From positions 14,756,001 through 14,820,000 of the forward strand of contig CM068756.1 of assembly GCA_035084275.1 (NCBI GenBank): a stretch of 64,000 nucleotides of DNA, in the 5' to 3' direction. The translations under genes were made by a program, and so were the position numbers. The DNA is from Hydrolagus colliei. Its lineage: Eukaryota. The notes under the pieces were generated by a model. That model did no database searches. It saw nothing but the letters and a program-made list of their open reading frames with translations, and had not been told where the DNA came from. Of this stretch, positions 12,490 to 25,287 are shown piece by piece. How positions within the stretch are numbered: position 1 is the stretch's first letter; each line of letters begins with the position of its first letter.

Positions 12490-12550
12490 AACCAATCATC
12501 TAAACTGACAGTGACAGGAAGTCAGTCATCATTGCCTTATATATAAAATC
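12490..12550 (+). promoter_or_regulatory. Gene B putative promoter (CCAAT, ACAGGAAGTC, TATAAA)
   Basis: Same motif order as upstream of gene A. Confidence 0.5.
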
Positions 12551-12612
12551 TTAAACAACTACAATTACTTACTACTGAATAATAATAGCTTCATCTTTAG
12601 TCTCAACACGTG

Positions 12613-12673
12613 ATGAGAATGTTGGCGAGTTATGTGTTTCAGTGTGTATATCTGATCGGGATTACATCCACGG
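12613..12673 (+). CDS. Gene B exon 1, leader (MR)MLASYVFQCVYLIGITST-G
   Basis: In-frame ATGs at 12613 and 12619; donor G|GTGCGT. Confidence 0.8.
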
Positions 12674-12778
12674 GTGCGTATTCCTTCTATATGCCAATTC
12701 GCCCAAAAGGGAACAAAATTACATAAATTTATACTTTTTATTCTCTTTCTAATTAGCATTTGAAATTATTTCTGATAG

Positions 12779-13099
12779 TTGTTGACGGTACAATGACCAG
12801 AGTGACCCAACTCCCCGACCATGTGGAGGCAATTAGAGGCACTAACGTTACCTTTCAGTGCATGTTTCCTGACACTCAATCCAACCTGCGTACAAAAATG
12901 TATTGGTGGAAGCAGGAAGACAATGGATACCTGCATACGAAGCCGGATAAAAGAAAACTGTTTGGGTTTGACAGCAAACAAAGCAGCTTCTTTAAGCTCC
13001 TAAATGTGAGTCACCAGGACTCTGGTGTGTATCAGTGTGCCCTCATGATTGAGGGAAAATTAGTGGCCAGTGGACCTGGATCACATCTGGTTGTATGCG
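12779..13099 (+). CDS. Gene B exon 2, Ig V-set domain with J-like end (GPGSHLVV)
   Basis: C, W and DSGVYQC motifs; 321 nt; AG/GT, phase 1. Confidence 0.92.
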
Positions 13100-14704
13100 G
13101 TAGGTATGGAATATTCCAAATTCGATATGGTGCCAAAAGTTATGGATGAAGAATATTTTTGTTATCATTTTAAGAATATGAATTGGGTGTTTCACAGTGT
13201 TTTCCTTTAAAATGTATCCTCTTGGGGGGAGGTGGGATCTGCTTGGAGCTGAATTAGTTCCAGGGTAACAAGCTTGCAAAACAAAGTCTGAAACAAGTAA
13301 ATTCTCTGCAGTGGTCGAGGTAATATGATCCTGAGCCAGGCAGGTTTGCAATACTCCAAAGCACTTCTGGTGATAGCCCAGCCAGCCTGACTGATCAACT
13401 AGGGTTAGGGATGGTTCCCACTCAGCTTCTGTTAAACCTACAAGTCAAAGCCCTAATGGTTACAGTTGTACTCGATGGACAACAGTGAGAAACCTTCGGA
13501 GACAGTGGCGAGCGATGGGGTATTATCTGTTTAGATGCCAACAGTACCCCAACAAGCACTCTGGGGTCCCCAAGCCTTGGCTTTTGCCAGCATGTGCGTA
13601 ATACCCTGTGGAATTACTAACCCAACAATAATGATAAAAACTTGGATTGATCCCTCCACGCTGGGTGGCATCTCAGAGCACTTCACAATAACAGGTCTCG
13701 GGGCCGAGCCATTGGTCGAAAAGAAAGGTCTTTAGCCGAGATCTGAAGGTAGGAAGAGATGGGTGAGGTGAAGGGAGTGAGGAAGGGAGTTCCAGAGCCT
13801 CGGGGCCACCGATGGTCGACATAGGAACAGGATGGTTCTATTTGGGAAGGCAGTGTATTACATTCCAATAAATAGGAATTTCCACGTGTGGATGAGATAC
13901 ATGGTTTGGTTTAGATACTCTTAAGTACATATCAGACTGCTGGCTCATCACAAATTGTCTTTAAAAAAGCTTTACTAAATAATCTACAATTTTGTCTCCA
14001 GATAAAATTACACATTCAAAATGCTAGTTGTGCATTTGAGGCATTTTGAATTAGAAGGCCCTATAACAAATATAAAGATTTTAAATTTGGTTTTTAAGAT
14101 TTAGACAATATAAAACTAAAACTTGCATGAAATGCAATTCCAGTAAACAATTAAATACACTTAGTTAAATAGAGTATTATACTTAACTATTTGTTCATCT
14201 TTCTGAGGAGAAAAACAATAGAATATATCAGCATTGGCTACATTGCTGTTGTGACCATCTATATGGCTCGATAATTATATTCTTCTCCGGAATTTCACTC
14301 CATAACTCTAGAACAATCCATTTTTTTATTGTTCCATGTATAGAAAAACAATACAAGATCAAATTTGTATAATGTGAAGATGCCATCGGAATTTTGGAAA
14401 ATAATATTTTATTTAGTGGAGATTCAGATATTCAATGAAAATGTGTGCTTTCTTTTTAGTGTATCTGTTTATTTGGGGGTGGGGGGGAGAACTGTAGTGA
14501 CAATGGCTCTTTCCCAAAATAACTTTATAGTTGTTATCGATGGGAAACAAATCAAAGTTAGAACTAACTATTTCTTTAAATGTTAAGCAAATAATAAACC
14601 AGTATCAAAATACTGTGAAAGGAATAGTATGCATATTGTAATGCAATTTTATCTCCACTAACAGATGTAAATTTTGTAATTTTGCTGTACTGTTTGCTCT
14701 ACAG

Positions 14705-15016
14705 TTTCTCCAACTCCACTGAAGATTTTATCCCAAATTCCTAAAATAGGTTTGCAAGACACTCTGACTCTTGTGTGTGAAACCACTGCATATTATCCAG
14801 AGAATCTTAACCTCACTTGGTATAAAAATGGCACTAAAATTACATCTGGATTAAATATCTCTAAACAGCAGAATGCAGAGGGATTGTATGAAGCTTCAAG
14901 CTTTGTGGAAGCGAACAAGCCTGTCCAAAGTGGGGTTGTTTATACCTGTCAGGTTTCTCACATCAGCCTTCAGATTCCAGAAATTGCCAACTACACAGTT
15001 CAGTTCTCCGACCCAG
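14705..15016 (+). CDS. Gene B exon 3, Ig C1-set domain
   Basis: LVCETTAYYPENLNLTWYKNG...YTCQVSH; 312 nt as in gene A; donor GTAAGA. Confidence 0.92.
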
Positions 15017-15477
15017 GTAAGATGCCAACCATCTGATTGTCAATTAATGTTAATAGTTTCACACGCTCCTATTATCTGATTATATTTCTTGCATGTGTAT
15101 GAGGTGATGTAATTCCCAAACATTGTTTCTATTGTATTGGTGTGTCCGGATTTGACTGCTCATTTTCACTGAAATGGGAATGAGATCCAGAGATTACTCC
15201 ATGGATGCGTCCAGCTATCAGTTTAGAATGATGATAATAATAATTTTCAGTGTCCTTCCCTTTGATATAACAATGTATTATGTCATTGATACATCTCAAA
15301 ATGCTTTGCATAATACATTTTAAAGTGGATTGTTTGTCTCCACAATTTCTCCTAAATTGAGCATTTTGACCCATGCTCAGTTTTCCTGTAGAAAAATGCT
15401 GAGAAGTCAACTGTGAATACACTTTCATATGTATATAATTAAAATAATATATAGTACATTATATACATTATAGTATC

Positions 15478-15760
15478 ATAATAATCCTTGCTTTTGATAT
15501 AGTGCTTTTGACAACATATCAATGTCTCAGAACGCCTCACAGAACATACTGTAAAGTGAATTGATTGTATATTTGTGGGCGAAACGCGGCAGACGATTGC
15601 GCACAGCAGCGTCCCACAAACAGTCGTGGATTGAAATGACCAATTTCTCTTATTGTGGGTTTTTTGGATGGATTATTATTAGGCAGGTGGGGTAAGGAAA
15701 ATTGCCCAAAGTTTTGCCCTGACCTGCCTGGATTTGAACATAGGTCTCATGCTTGTAAGA
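15478..15760 (-). mobile_element. tRNA/Deu-type SINE
   Basis: Homologous to the other SINE copies in the window. Confidence 0.75.
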
Positions 15761-15899
15761 CAAATGTTCCAACCTCACTATATATTGCACTCTTCATGCA
15801 GGTCAGTGTATGGGACACTGCACAGTTGGGGGCTTGGAAGCTGAGGGTGATCATAGCTGCCGCCAAATGGGGAATTGTTAAAGCGGTATTAAAAATAAT

Positions 15900-16310
15900 T
15901 AGAAAGGTGGCAAAGTGGAGGGATTAAGGCAGTGATTTGCAAAGATTAGAGTCACAGCACTGAAAGCACACTCAATGATTATGGTCATTGGACTTTCCCC
16001 AGGCTTGCCTATGCCATCTGTGTAAAGGGGGTGCCAGAGAAATGAGGTCAGAGAGGTTGGGGGCTGCCCGGGTATTAAGGGATTTGTACATGAGGCTGAA
16101 GATTCTGAATTCTATACCTTCGGAGTTAAGAAGGAGACCAGGATCATCAGCATGCAGGTTTTGGAAATGTGAGGAAATGAGTAGCCCAGATTTGGATGAA
16201 TTAGACTTGTGCATTGTCGAACTGGGTGGATCAATAAGGAGTGTGTTTGTAGTCAATGCAAAAGATGTGGAAACGGGTTTCAGCAGCATCTGGTGTATTG
16301 TAAAATTCAG
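15900..16310 (-). mobile_element. Old L2 fragment
   Basis: GIEFRIFSLMYKSL segment homologous to L2 ORF2. Confidence 0.65.
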
Positions 16311-17217
16311 TTGTCTTTCTCTTTTCCAAATAATTTACATTTGCCAAGTTTCTTTACTCGACATGCCTCTGATTATGTAGCAGTAGTTAGGAATCTGGTT
16401 GTTATTCAATTAATAGATCATTTTTCCTGAAGTGATAATCCCTCAAAACAAATTTGGTCACACGATGCATGACTGTTTGTGGTACACTGCTGTGCACAAT
16501 TGGCTGCAGCATTTCGCTTACAAAATATACAATCAGTTCACTATCAGTCCATTCTGTGAAGTTTGAGGAGATGTCTGAAAGACGCTATAACAAGTGCAAA
16601 GATTAATAATAATTGACTTGACATTTAATCTCTATTAGGAACGTAGGAATTAGAAGCAGGTGTCAGCCATTCGACCTCTTAAGGTGTCCCACCATTCAAT
16701 AAATTCATGGTTTATTTTCTAATCTAACTCTATCTACCCACCTTATCCCCATATCCCTTAATCCCTCTATCCATTAGAAATCTATCAATCTATCAATCTC
16801 TTAGAATCCAGTGGTGTTTGACTTGGTATATAATGGTTTGCCACTCTTCCTGGCCTGCTCCGCATCCATCACCCTAACCACCCAACCATCGGCGCCCGGA
16901 CTTTTAACCTCTCTGCTCCCACACTATGGAACTCCATCCCACAGGCCCTCCGCCTCAATTCCTCCCTTTCCTCCTTCAAGGTCGGTCTCTTCTACGACAC
17001 CTACGGCTCTCCCACTAACTCTTCCCCCTCTCCTTCCCCCTGCCCCAACCCTCCAGCCCCCCCCACACCCCCCCCCCCCCCCCCACCCCCACGGCTTGGG
17101 TGTTGTTGATTTTTTTGTTCAGTCTAAACCAATTAATTTCATTTCAGCTGAGCATCACCAAGAGCACACAGACTCGTGGTTCTGTTTTTATTTATGATTA
17201 TTATTATTACTTCATAG

Positions 17218-17333
17218 GTTCTGATGGAAAATCCTATACTATAATTACCAGGTTTACATGGAGTGTGTTGGTAATACTACTCTTGACCATCATTGTTGTG
17301 GACCATTTCAGAATTCATCCCATTCAAACGTAA
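17218..17333 (+). CDS. Gene B terminal exon, TM with Arg and short tail (GSDGKSYTIITRFTWSVLVILLLTIIVVDHFRIHPIQT*)
   Basis: CATAG acceptor, phase 1; R-x16-D pattern shared with gene C; stop TAA at 17333. Confidence 0.8.
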
Positions 17334-18619
17334 AATATTTATTGCTTTTTGAGAATGATGCTGTTTTAATATTAAATTGTTTGTGGTGCTGAACAAAAAA
17401 GCTGAAATATATTTTTATATCATTATTTAAATATAATAATAATAATCCTTGCATTTGATAGAATGTTATGATGCAAAGCACTTCACATTATTATTATTGT
17501 AAAGCAAACTGACTGTATATTTTGTGGTCAAAATGTGGTGGTCAATTGAAACTCAGCAGTGCTCTACAAGTAGTCGTGACCATCTTTTTAGGGATTATTA
17601 CTCCAAAAAAGAATCTGCCAATTGTCTAACAACTGGGTTCCAACTTGCTGTGGCGCAACAGAGGCATGTAGAGTAAAGAAACTTGCCCAAAATTACTCCC
17701 CACCAAATTTAAATACTGTATGTTGATGCGGTAGTGGATTAATCTTTCTTTCCTACAATTTGAGCAAGTTTGTAAAGTGAATTGCATTATAGTTGGTTTT
17801 AAACAACGTGAATAAAATAGGGTAACAAATTGATGCTTCCACATTTGGGTGAAGGATGCTTGGCAAATTATAATAATAATAATCCTTGCATTTGATATAG
17901 CTCTTTTCACGTCTTCTAGATGTCTCAAAGCGCTTCACACAATATACTGTAAAGTGAATTGATGTATATATTTGTGGGAGAAATGTGGCAGTCAATTGTG
18001 CATAGCAGTGTCTCAAAAACAGTCATGGATTGAAATGATCAATTAATTTTTTGGGGACGGATTATACGAGAAACAGATTTTTCTATTTCTCGCATAATCC
18101 ATTACAAACAGAATTTGCAAACAGATGTCACATAAAAGACCACTATTATGTCGAAAGTTGTGAATAGTGAAGTCAATAACATAATTAATAATTCACCAAT
18201 ATTCATAATTGTATTCTGTTATAGATCGTATAAGAAAGAAGAGGCAAATGTCCATTCGCAGTACAACTGAAAAATCAAGGGAATGTACAGTTTACATCTA
18301 AGCGCATGAGAAGAAAACCATGTGTGTTATATTTGAAAAGAAAAATACAAACCTCAAATTCATCTGTGCATTATTGTTATTATTACAGTTATTGCTGTCA
18401 TCATCCATAATAATATCCTTTAATCTGTTATATTGCATAATTACATTGAAGCATTTCAAAGGAAATTGATGAGACACACACTGATTAACTATATTGTAGG
18501 CAAATGTGGGCACTAATTTCTGCACAGCAGAGTCTTACCAACAATGAAATTAATGGTAATTGATGAGATTTTGCATTTGTAAAGTTATGAATAGAAATGT
18601 AGCTTTTCAAAAAATAATA

Positions 18620-19740
18620 CAACAACAACAACAATTTACATTTATATAGCGCCTTTCACGTCGGGAGGACGTCCCAAGGCGCTAAACAAGAGGCGTGTGA
18701 CCCGAGCTGGGTGGGGAGTGTTTGGGAAGGGGTGAAACACGAAGGGGAGGTAAAAGAGTTCGGGGTGGAACAAAAGGCACGATCGAAGAGGAAAGTCTTC
18801 AAATCGGCGAGGAAAGGGAAGAGGTGAAATGGAGGGATTGAGGGATGGCATTCCATAAGATGGGAGCGGAGAAACTGAAGGCCCGGCCTCCGATGGTGGG
18901 GCGGTTCGGGCGGGGGGCTTGGAGCAGGCCAAGTCCTGTTGAACGGAGGGTGCGGGTGGGCGTATAGGGGGAGAGTAGATCGGCTAGGTAGGATGGGGCA
19001 AGGCCGTGTAAGGCCTTGTAGGTGAGGACGAGGATCTTAAATTCGATCCTCTGGAGGATGAGGAGCCAGTGGAGACGGGCGAGGGTGGGGGTTATGTGGT
19101 CACGGAGGCGGGTGCGGGATAGTACACGGGCTGCAGAGTTTTGGATGGTCTGCAGCCTATGAATGGAGGAACTGGGGAGGCCGGCTAGGAGAGAGTTTCC
19201 GTAGTCCAGCCGTGAGGTGATGTATGCGTGCACGAGTGTTTCGGCAGCGCGGGGGATAAGATAATTACGGAGCCTGGCAATGTTGCGCAGATGGAAATAG
19301 GCGGTGCCGGTCAAGGCGCGGATGTGGGGGAGGAAGGAAAGTTTTTGATCGCACATGATCCTGAGGTTCCTGACTGGCTTTGTGAGGTGGAGAGTGCAGC
19401 CTTGGATGTTGAGGCTGGCAGCGCCCGATGTGCGGAGGCGCTGCCTTGAGCCAATCAGGAGGGCCTCGGTCTTACTCACGTTCAATTGCAAAAAGTTGTC
19501 CCTCGTCCACGATTCGATGTCGGACAGACATGCTGTCAGAACATCGATGGTCTGGGGGTTGAGGGATGAGGCAGAAAGGTACAACTGGGTGTCATCCGCA
19601 TACATGTGGAAATTTACCCCATGTCTGCGGATGACGTCGCCCAGGGGGAGCGTGTAAAGTGTGAAAAGAAGGGGACCGAGGACAGAGCCCTGAGGGACGC
19701 CGTGGGAAACTGTGCGGGGGTTTGATGAAAAGCCATTGGA
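18620..19740 (-). mobile_element. L2 LINE, young 5'-truncated copy including RT YADD
   Basis: 322-aa ORF with [13 protein letters not shown] and MYADDTQLY; (TTG)n tail; same family as 271-1152 and 2713-3658. Confidence 0.95.
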
Positions 19741-22529
19741 AGAAACAAAATGTAAACGATGGGTCAAATAAGAAACAAGGTTTCAAGAGACAAACTTAAA
19801 TTACGTCAAATCTCTGTACTGTGTATTTCTGCGTCGGGACGTCCTCCCATCGTGATAGGCGCTATATAAATGTATTTATTGATTGAATTATTGAATACTA
19901 TGGAATAATTTCTGACAAGGACAAAAACATGTATCACTTTTTTGAGAATTACTTTTCATATCAATTATCTCAAATTGCTTTCAATAAAATATTAGCTGAA
20001 TTTGATATGTTGGTTTGTTTCATGACTAAATGTTCGCCTTGCACAAAGGAGTCAGCCACATACTGTGAGGTCGTGTTTCAAAATGTCGACCAATTTTTAA
20101 TTTTGCTGTTTTCCTGTTTGTATTTTATGTGAGTATCTTACACTTATCTACCCAAGAACAACAACAAGTTACAGCTATATGTAGCACACACAGTGATTGA
20201 CAGTGGCAGAGCATGATGCCGAACTAAGGGAGGGGGAAGGTGACCATAGGTCGTCACAGTCGAAGAGGAAGGTCTTTAGATGCGACCTGAAGATGGGGAA
20301 GGAGAGGACAAGGCAAAGGGATAAGGAAGATATGGGGAAGTAAGGAGAGCTGTGGGTTGAAGCTGATGTCTAGGTTTCACACTGGTTTGGTATGGGCTGG
20401 GGAATTTAAGGAGATAAGAGCCACAGGACAGTAAACATTGATGGGAGCTAATGAGTATGGCTTCCATCTTGTCCACATTCAGCCAATACACCGCAAACTC
20501 TGGAACACTCTTCTTCTATTTGTGTGCTTTGTTCTTTCCTTCCCCCATCTTTAGGTTATGATGAAGATCTTCGATTCAACCATGCCTATGGTCACCTTAC
20601 GCTTCCCCCGGCTTGGTGTCAAGCTCTACCACGGTTGAGCTCCCTGGGCCACGATCCTGAATGAGGGAAGGGCAGGGAATGGCCAGGGAAGAGCCAGTTA
20701 CAGTAGCAAGGCCAAGGTAGTATTGTTCTGTTCATGTTTGTAATGTTTTGTAGGGTGTGTTTCAATAAGTAAGAATAAACCCAGCTTCAGCCAATAGGGC
20801 ATCATCAGTTCTTTCCACACCTAAAGAGTTAAGATCAGTGCATAGGTCTTTCTCTAACAAACCACAATACTGGCAGTATAAGTCATAGTTTTGGATAACT
20901 AACACATTCTTCATTAGTGGAAGTAAGGGTAAGAATTTGTGTGTTTTGGTTCACAACTATTGCTTGCCGTAACTTGCCATTGATATCGCTGCCTGAAATG
21001 CTTTCCCACTGCTCGTCCAGTTAGGACCACTCCACCAATTCAGGCTTTGGCTTGCAGGATTAACAGGAGCTGAGTGGAATGATTCCCTGTCCCCTGTGAC
21101 TGGTCTGCATCTTCAAAACATGCTGCTGAGCCAGGCTGACTGTGTTGGAATCAGTAATTCTATGGAGATCTGTGGAACAACCTGGTGTAGGAACCAAACC
21201 ACCGAGCCCGCCATTGATGGTGAGATCAATTCCCATATTCCTTTGTGAAACATATCATCTTGAAGCCGCCCATTCACCAACTATGAGAACCGACTCCCTG
21301 CCCCATAACCCCCCCCCCCCCCCCCCCCCACCCCCCCCCCCCCACCCCCCCCCCCCCCACCCCCACCCGTGTCAATACCAAATTTTGCGATAGATTCAGA
21401 AATGTTAAGTTTCAAAGGATAACTCAAGTTTACACCAGAGCAGCCTCAACAACCTCAAGAACATCAGTGCATCATTTTCATATTGGGCGTAGACATTTCA
21501 AACCAATCATGCAAATTGTGACAATTGGAGCTGAACTGGTGAAGGTGAAAGACTTGGCAAAGGAAATTAGGATGAAATATTCTGCCGGTGTCTTTCAGCC
21601 AGGCGGGGCCACAGTATTCCAGGGCACATTTGATAACAGATCGGCGAGATTGGCTCATCGGTAAACTCGGAGGACCATATCTTTGACCGGCGCAGAGAAT
21701 CTTCCCAATCACCTCCTGTTAATTCTGAAAATGAAAGCTAATAAACCTACTAAAAATAATAAAATAATAATCCTTGCATTTGATATAACGCTTTTCACAT
21801 CTTATCGACGTCTCAAAGCACTTCACAGAATATACTGTAAAGTGAATTGACTGTATATTTGTGGGCGAAATGTTTACTTACTAGCTGTACAACAGCAGAA
21901 AGCTTGCTGTACAATGCTTTCAATGACAAGCTGTGTGGTTTTTTGCATGTTGAACTCTAATTGTACCAACGTGCACATTCTGGAATTTCCAATCATTGGC
22001 TCTTGCCTAATCTTACCTAATCCTCCCATAAACAGAGTGAATCCCTCTGAGGAGAGATTGTGCAATCCGTGGGTATTTCAAGGTGTAGATGTAATGGATG
22101 GAACTCTCAGTCTGCTTTAGGTAATCTTAAGCAAAGTAATGGTTTCATATGTCAGACAACCTATTGACCGAAAACAAAATGAAACATTGGATTTAATACT
22201 GGCCTTGGCCTGCCAGTAAAATAAAGAAATGGTCAGATATTTCAATTTAATTTGAAAACGTAAATGCATCACAATAATAAGTTTGCCAAGTGTTGGGTTA
22301 GAATAATAGAGGCGGACTAATTTGCCTCTATATATATTAAACACCTGTTATTACTCTATTATTATCTCTCAAAAGTAACTTAGTTCTTGGTCTATACGGT
22401 ATAAATTACATAACGGTTATAGAAACAAATTAATAAAAAATATAATCACTCTAAAATGCTGCAAAGTTCAATTATGATATGTAAATCACATTTTCTGCCT
22501 GATTCATCTTGCCTCTTCAATAAAGTTGC

Positions 22530-22800
22530 AGAAGGCCTATATGTCTTCAGTTGGTTTGAAACCTTTTTAAATAACATACCGCGCAATTCATCTGCTGCAG
22601 TGAAAAAGCTAAAGTGTGGACGGTCTGTCGGTCACGTATCAACTAAAATGGACCTAACAGGATGTAGCTAATCTCTCCCTAGAGTTGTTTATGACGACAA
22701 GAATAAAAAAAACATTACCAAAGTCTCGCTCCTCACATTAAATATAGAGTGTGTGGTGAGTAGCAGTAGCTGTTACGCAAATACTATTGCAACAACACAT
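22530..22800 (+). pseudogene. Decayed V-set exon remnant
   Basis: Nucleotide homology to the 10.4, 48.2 and 60.4 kb blocks; multiple stops. Confidence 0.35.
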
Positions 22801-23616
22801 TTGCTCACACATCAAGTACAAGCTCATTATGGCCATGTTCAAGCAGGTTTCTGGTTCTGCCTGGACTGCATAATTAATACATTATCTTTCCCATTCATTC
22901 ACACATGTTGTTCAAGGCCAGGTTTTCTGAAAATATTTTCTTGGGATTGGGTAACTCATATGTCCGATGTTGCTGTCATATGCTGCGAAATAGTCATTTT
23001 GGAGTTAAACACAAATAATCTTCTGGTAGATTCCAGTCTAATATCAATACCAATGCAAGATTAGTGAAATATAATCATATGATTTGCTCCGTATTCCAAG
23101 ATGTTTCTGGTTTGTTGTTTCTATCATTTATCAGTGTAAACTGCATGAGATTAAACTCTATCCTTCTATCAAAAATTACTTATGAAGTTGCTCAATGCAG
23201 GGAAAAAGTATGTTGTATAACTGGCTGTGTTTATAGTGACTCAATATGTTTGACTTATGATTGTACATGTTGTAAGAACATAGATCTCATGAAATTATCC
23301 TTGGTTGCAGATACCTTTTAAAACGGACCTGACTCCTAAACAATTTAATTTGGTAGTTGGTAAATGGGCTTAATTGTTTAATTTAGTAAACAGAACTCTG
23401 AGGATTATTTAAAATACAATTTATCTGTCATCTTTGTTGCCAATAAGTCACGAGAATCTAGTCACTCTTCACGTAGACAACTGTTATCCACTCGCAAAAC
23501 AAAAATAGGCGAATCTAAGTTCTTGAACATGAACTGGAAATTGAACGTCACTCCACAATTTTTATGTCAAGCAATTACAATCCCTTGTTACAACAAGTGA
23601 CACTTTCAAGGATAGA

Positions 23617-23671
23617 ATGTTGGTGAGGTTTGAGCTTCAGCAAGTGTATCTGATAGGAATGATTTTTGCAG
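23617..23671 (+). CDS. Orphan or alternative leader exon MLVRFELQQVYLIGMIFA-G
   Basis: ATG + 18 codons + G|GTGTGT; family-like promoter motif GGAAATTGAACGTCAC about 70 nt upstream; no V exon of its own. Confidence 0.65.
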
Positions 23672-23804
23672 GTGTGTGTTTGTAGTATATTTCAATTTTC
23701 TGAAAAAGAACATAGAGGAAGCAGTTCTATGTACTTCAGCAATTTACATAAAGTTAACCAATCCAGTTATCCATTTACATAGAATTGTTTGCGTCAGGCA
23801 ATCA

Positions 23805-24180
23805 GAACATAAGAACATAAGAACCAGGAGCAGGAGTAGGCCATTCGGCCCCTCGAGCCTGCCCCTCCATTTGATAAGATCAGGGCTGATCTTCTGACCT
23901 AACTCTAATTACCTGCCTTATCCTCATATTCCCTAACCTCTCTATATTTTAAAAATCTATCAGTCTCAGCCTTGAAAATGTGTTCAAGGACTGAGTATCT
24001 ACAGCCTTCTGGGGTAGTGAATTCCATAAATTCACTACCCTTTGAGTGAAGAAATGATTCCTCAACTCTGTTCTAAAAGGCTGACCCTTAATTTTAAGAT
24101 TATGACCCCTGGTTATAGATTCTCCTACCAGGGGAAACAGTCCCTCACTGTCTACTTTATCTAGCCCTTTAAGAATTTTA
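23805..24180 (-). mobile_element. CR1-clade LINE 3' fragment
   Basis: KGLDKVDSEGLFPLVGESITRGHNLKI...FFTQRVVNLWNSLP; (TTATGTTC)n tail. Confidence 0.85.
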
Positions 24181-24659
24181 AATCTCAGATACACAAATTG
24201 CACCTTTCACTGTATCTTGGCCTTCGTTGAACCTAACTCATATATGAAAGTACTAGTATGTCCAAAACTGGCAATAATAATAATAGTAATCCGGAGGGAG
24301 GTCGAAAAACAAGGGCATACAAAAGGAAACAATTTTGGGTTTGGAAGTAAAAATAAAGGTTTCTTTCAGCTTTTTAATGTCAGCCTATGACTGGATTTAT
24401 CAGGAGAAAATAGCAAGTTAGTGAACCTCAATCACATCTATATATGTATAGACAGAAACCTTCCTGCATGGCTCCTGTCAGCAACTAAATACATCACAAT
24501 AACAAAATTCTATTTGTAGAGCACCTTTCGCTTTGTAGGACATCCCAAGATGCTGAACAGTCAGGGATCAGGTGGGGTGGGGTGGGTGGTGGGTTGGGGT
24601 GGGGTGGGGATGCAGGGTTTGGATGAGGGAGGTCAGAGAGATGACAGAAAATTAAACAT

Positions 24660-24995
24660 TTATTTATCCTGTATATCCCGATTCCAAAGAGGATCGCATT
24701 CAAGATCCTTGTCCACAGGTTCAAGGCCATCCACGGCCTTGCACACTCCTACCTCTCTGACTTGCTGACCTCCTATCAACCTGTCCACTCCCTCTGTTCG
24801 GCAGGCACCGGCCTACTCTATGTCTCCGGGCCGACTCCCCCTACCATTGGTGGCCGAGCTTTCAGCTTCTCTGCTCCCCCACGCCACCCCATGCTTAGGA
24901 ACTCCATCCAACAATTCCTTCACCTTGCTCCCTTTCTTGCCTCCTTGAAGGCCAATCTATAGACTTACCTTTTTGACCATGCCTTCAGTTGCTTC
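24660..24995 (+). mobile_element. Old L2 3' fragment
   Basis: [13 protein letters not shown] motif as in the young L2 copies. Confidence 0.7.
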
Positions 24996-25232
24996 TCAGA
25001 GAGTCCTAAATTTCAGATATATTTTATTTGTCATCTATATTTCCATAAAATATAGAATTCCAGTTTCCCTTTCATCAGACAAATGCCACATATCAATGAC
25101 ACTCAACACAAGAAATCGAACTCCCGCATCCACAGACTGGACGTCAAACGTCACTGACGCATATCTCAACTCAAGGAACTCCAAACTCTGTGTTACAAAC
25201 CAGCGACAGCTTCAGGACTTGTATCAGTCAGG

Positions 25233-25287
25233 ATGTTGGCGTGTCTTGTGTTACACCACCTGTCTCTAACAGGAATATTTACCAAAG
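25233..25287 (+). CDS. Gene C exon 1, leader MLACLVLHHLSLTGIFTK-G
   Basis: ATG + 18 codons, donor G|GTTTGT as in D and E. Confidence 0.8.

Noticed and set aside
21142-21393. Poly-proline ORF
   Set aside because: Artefact of the poly-C tract
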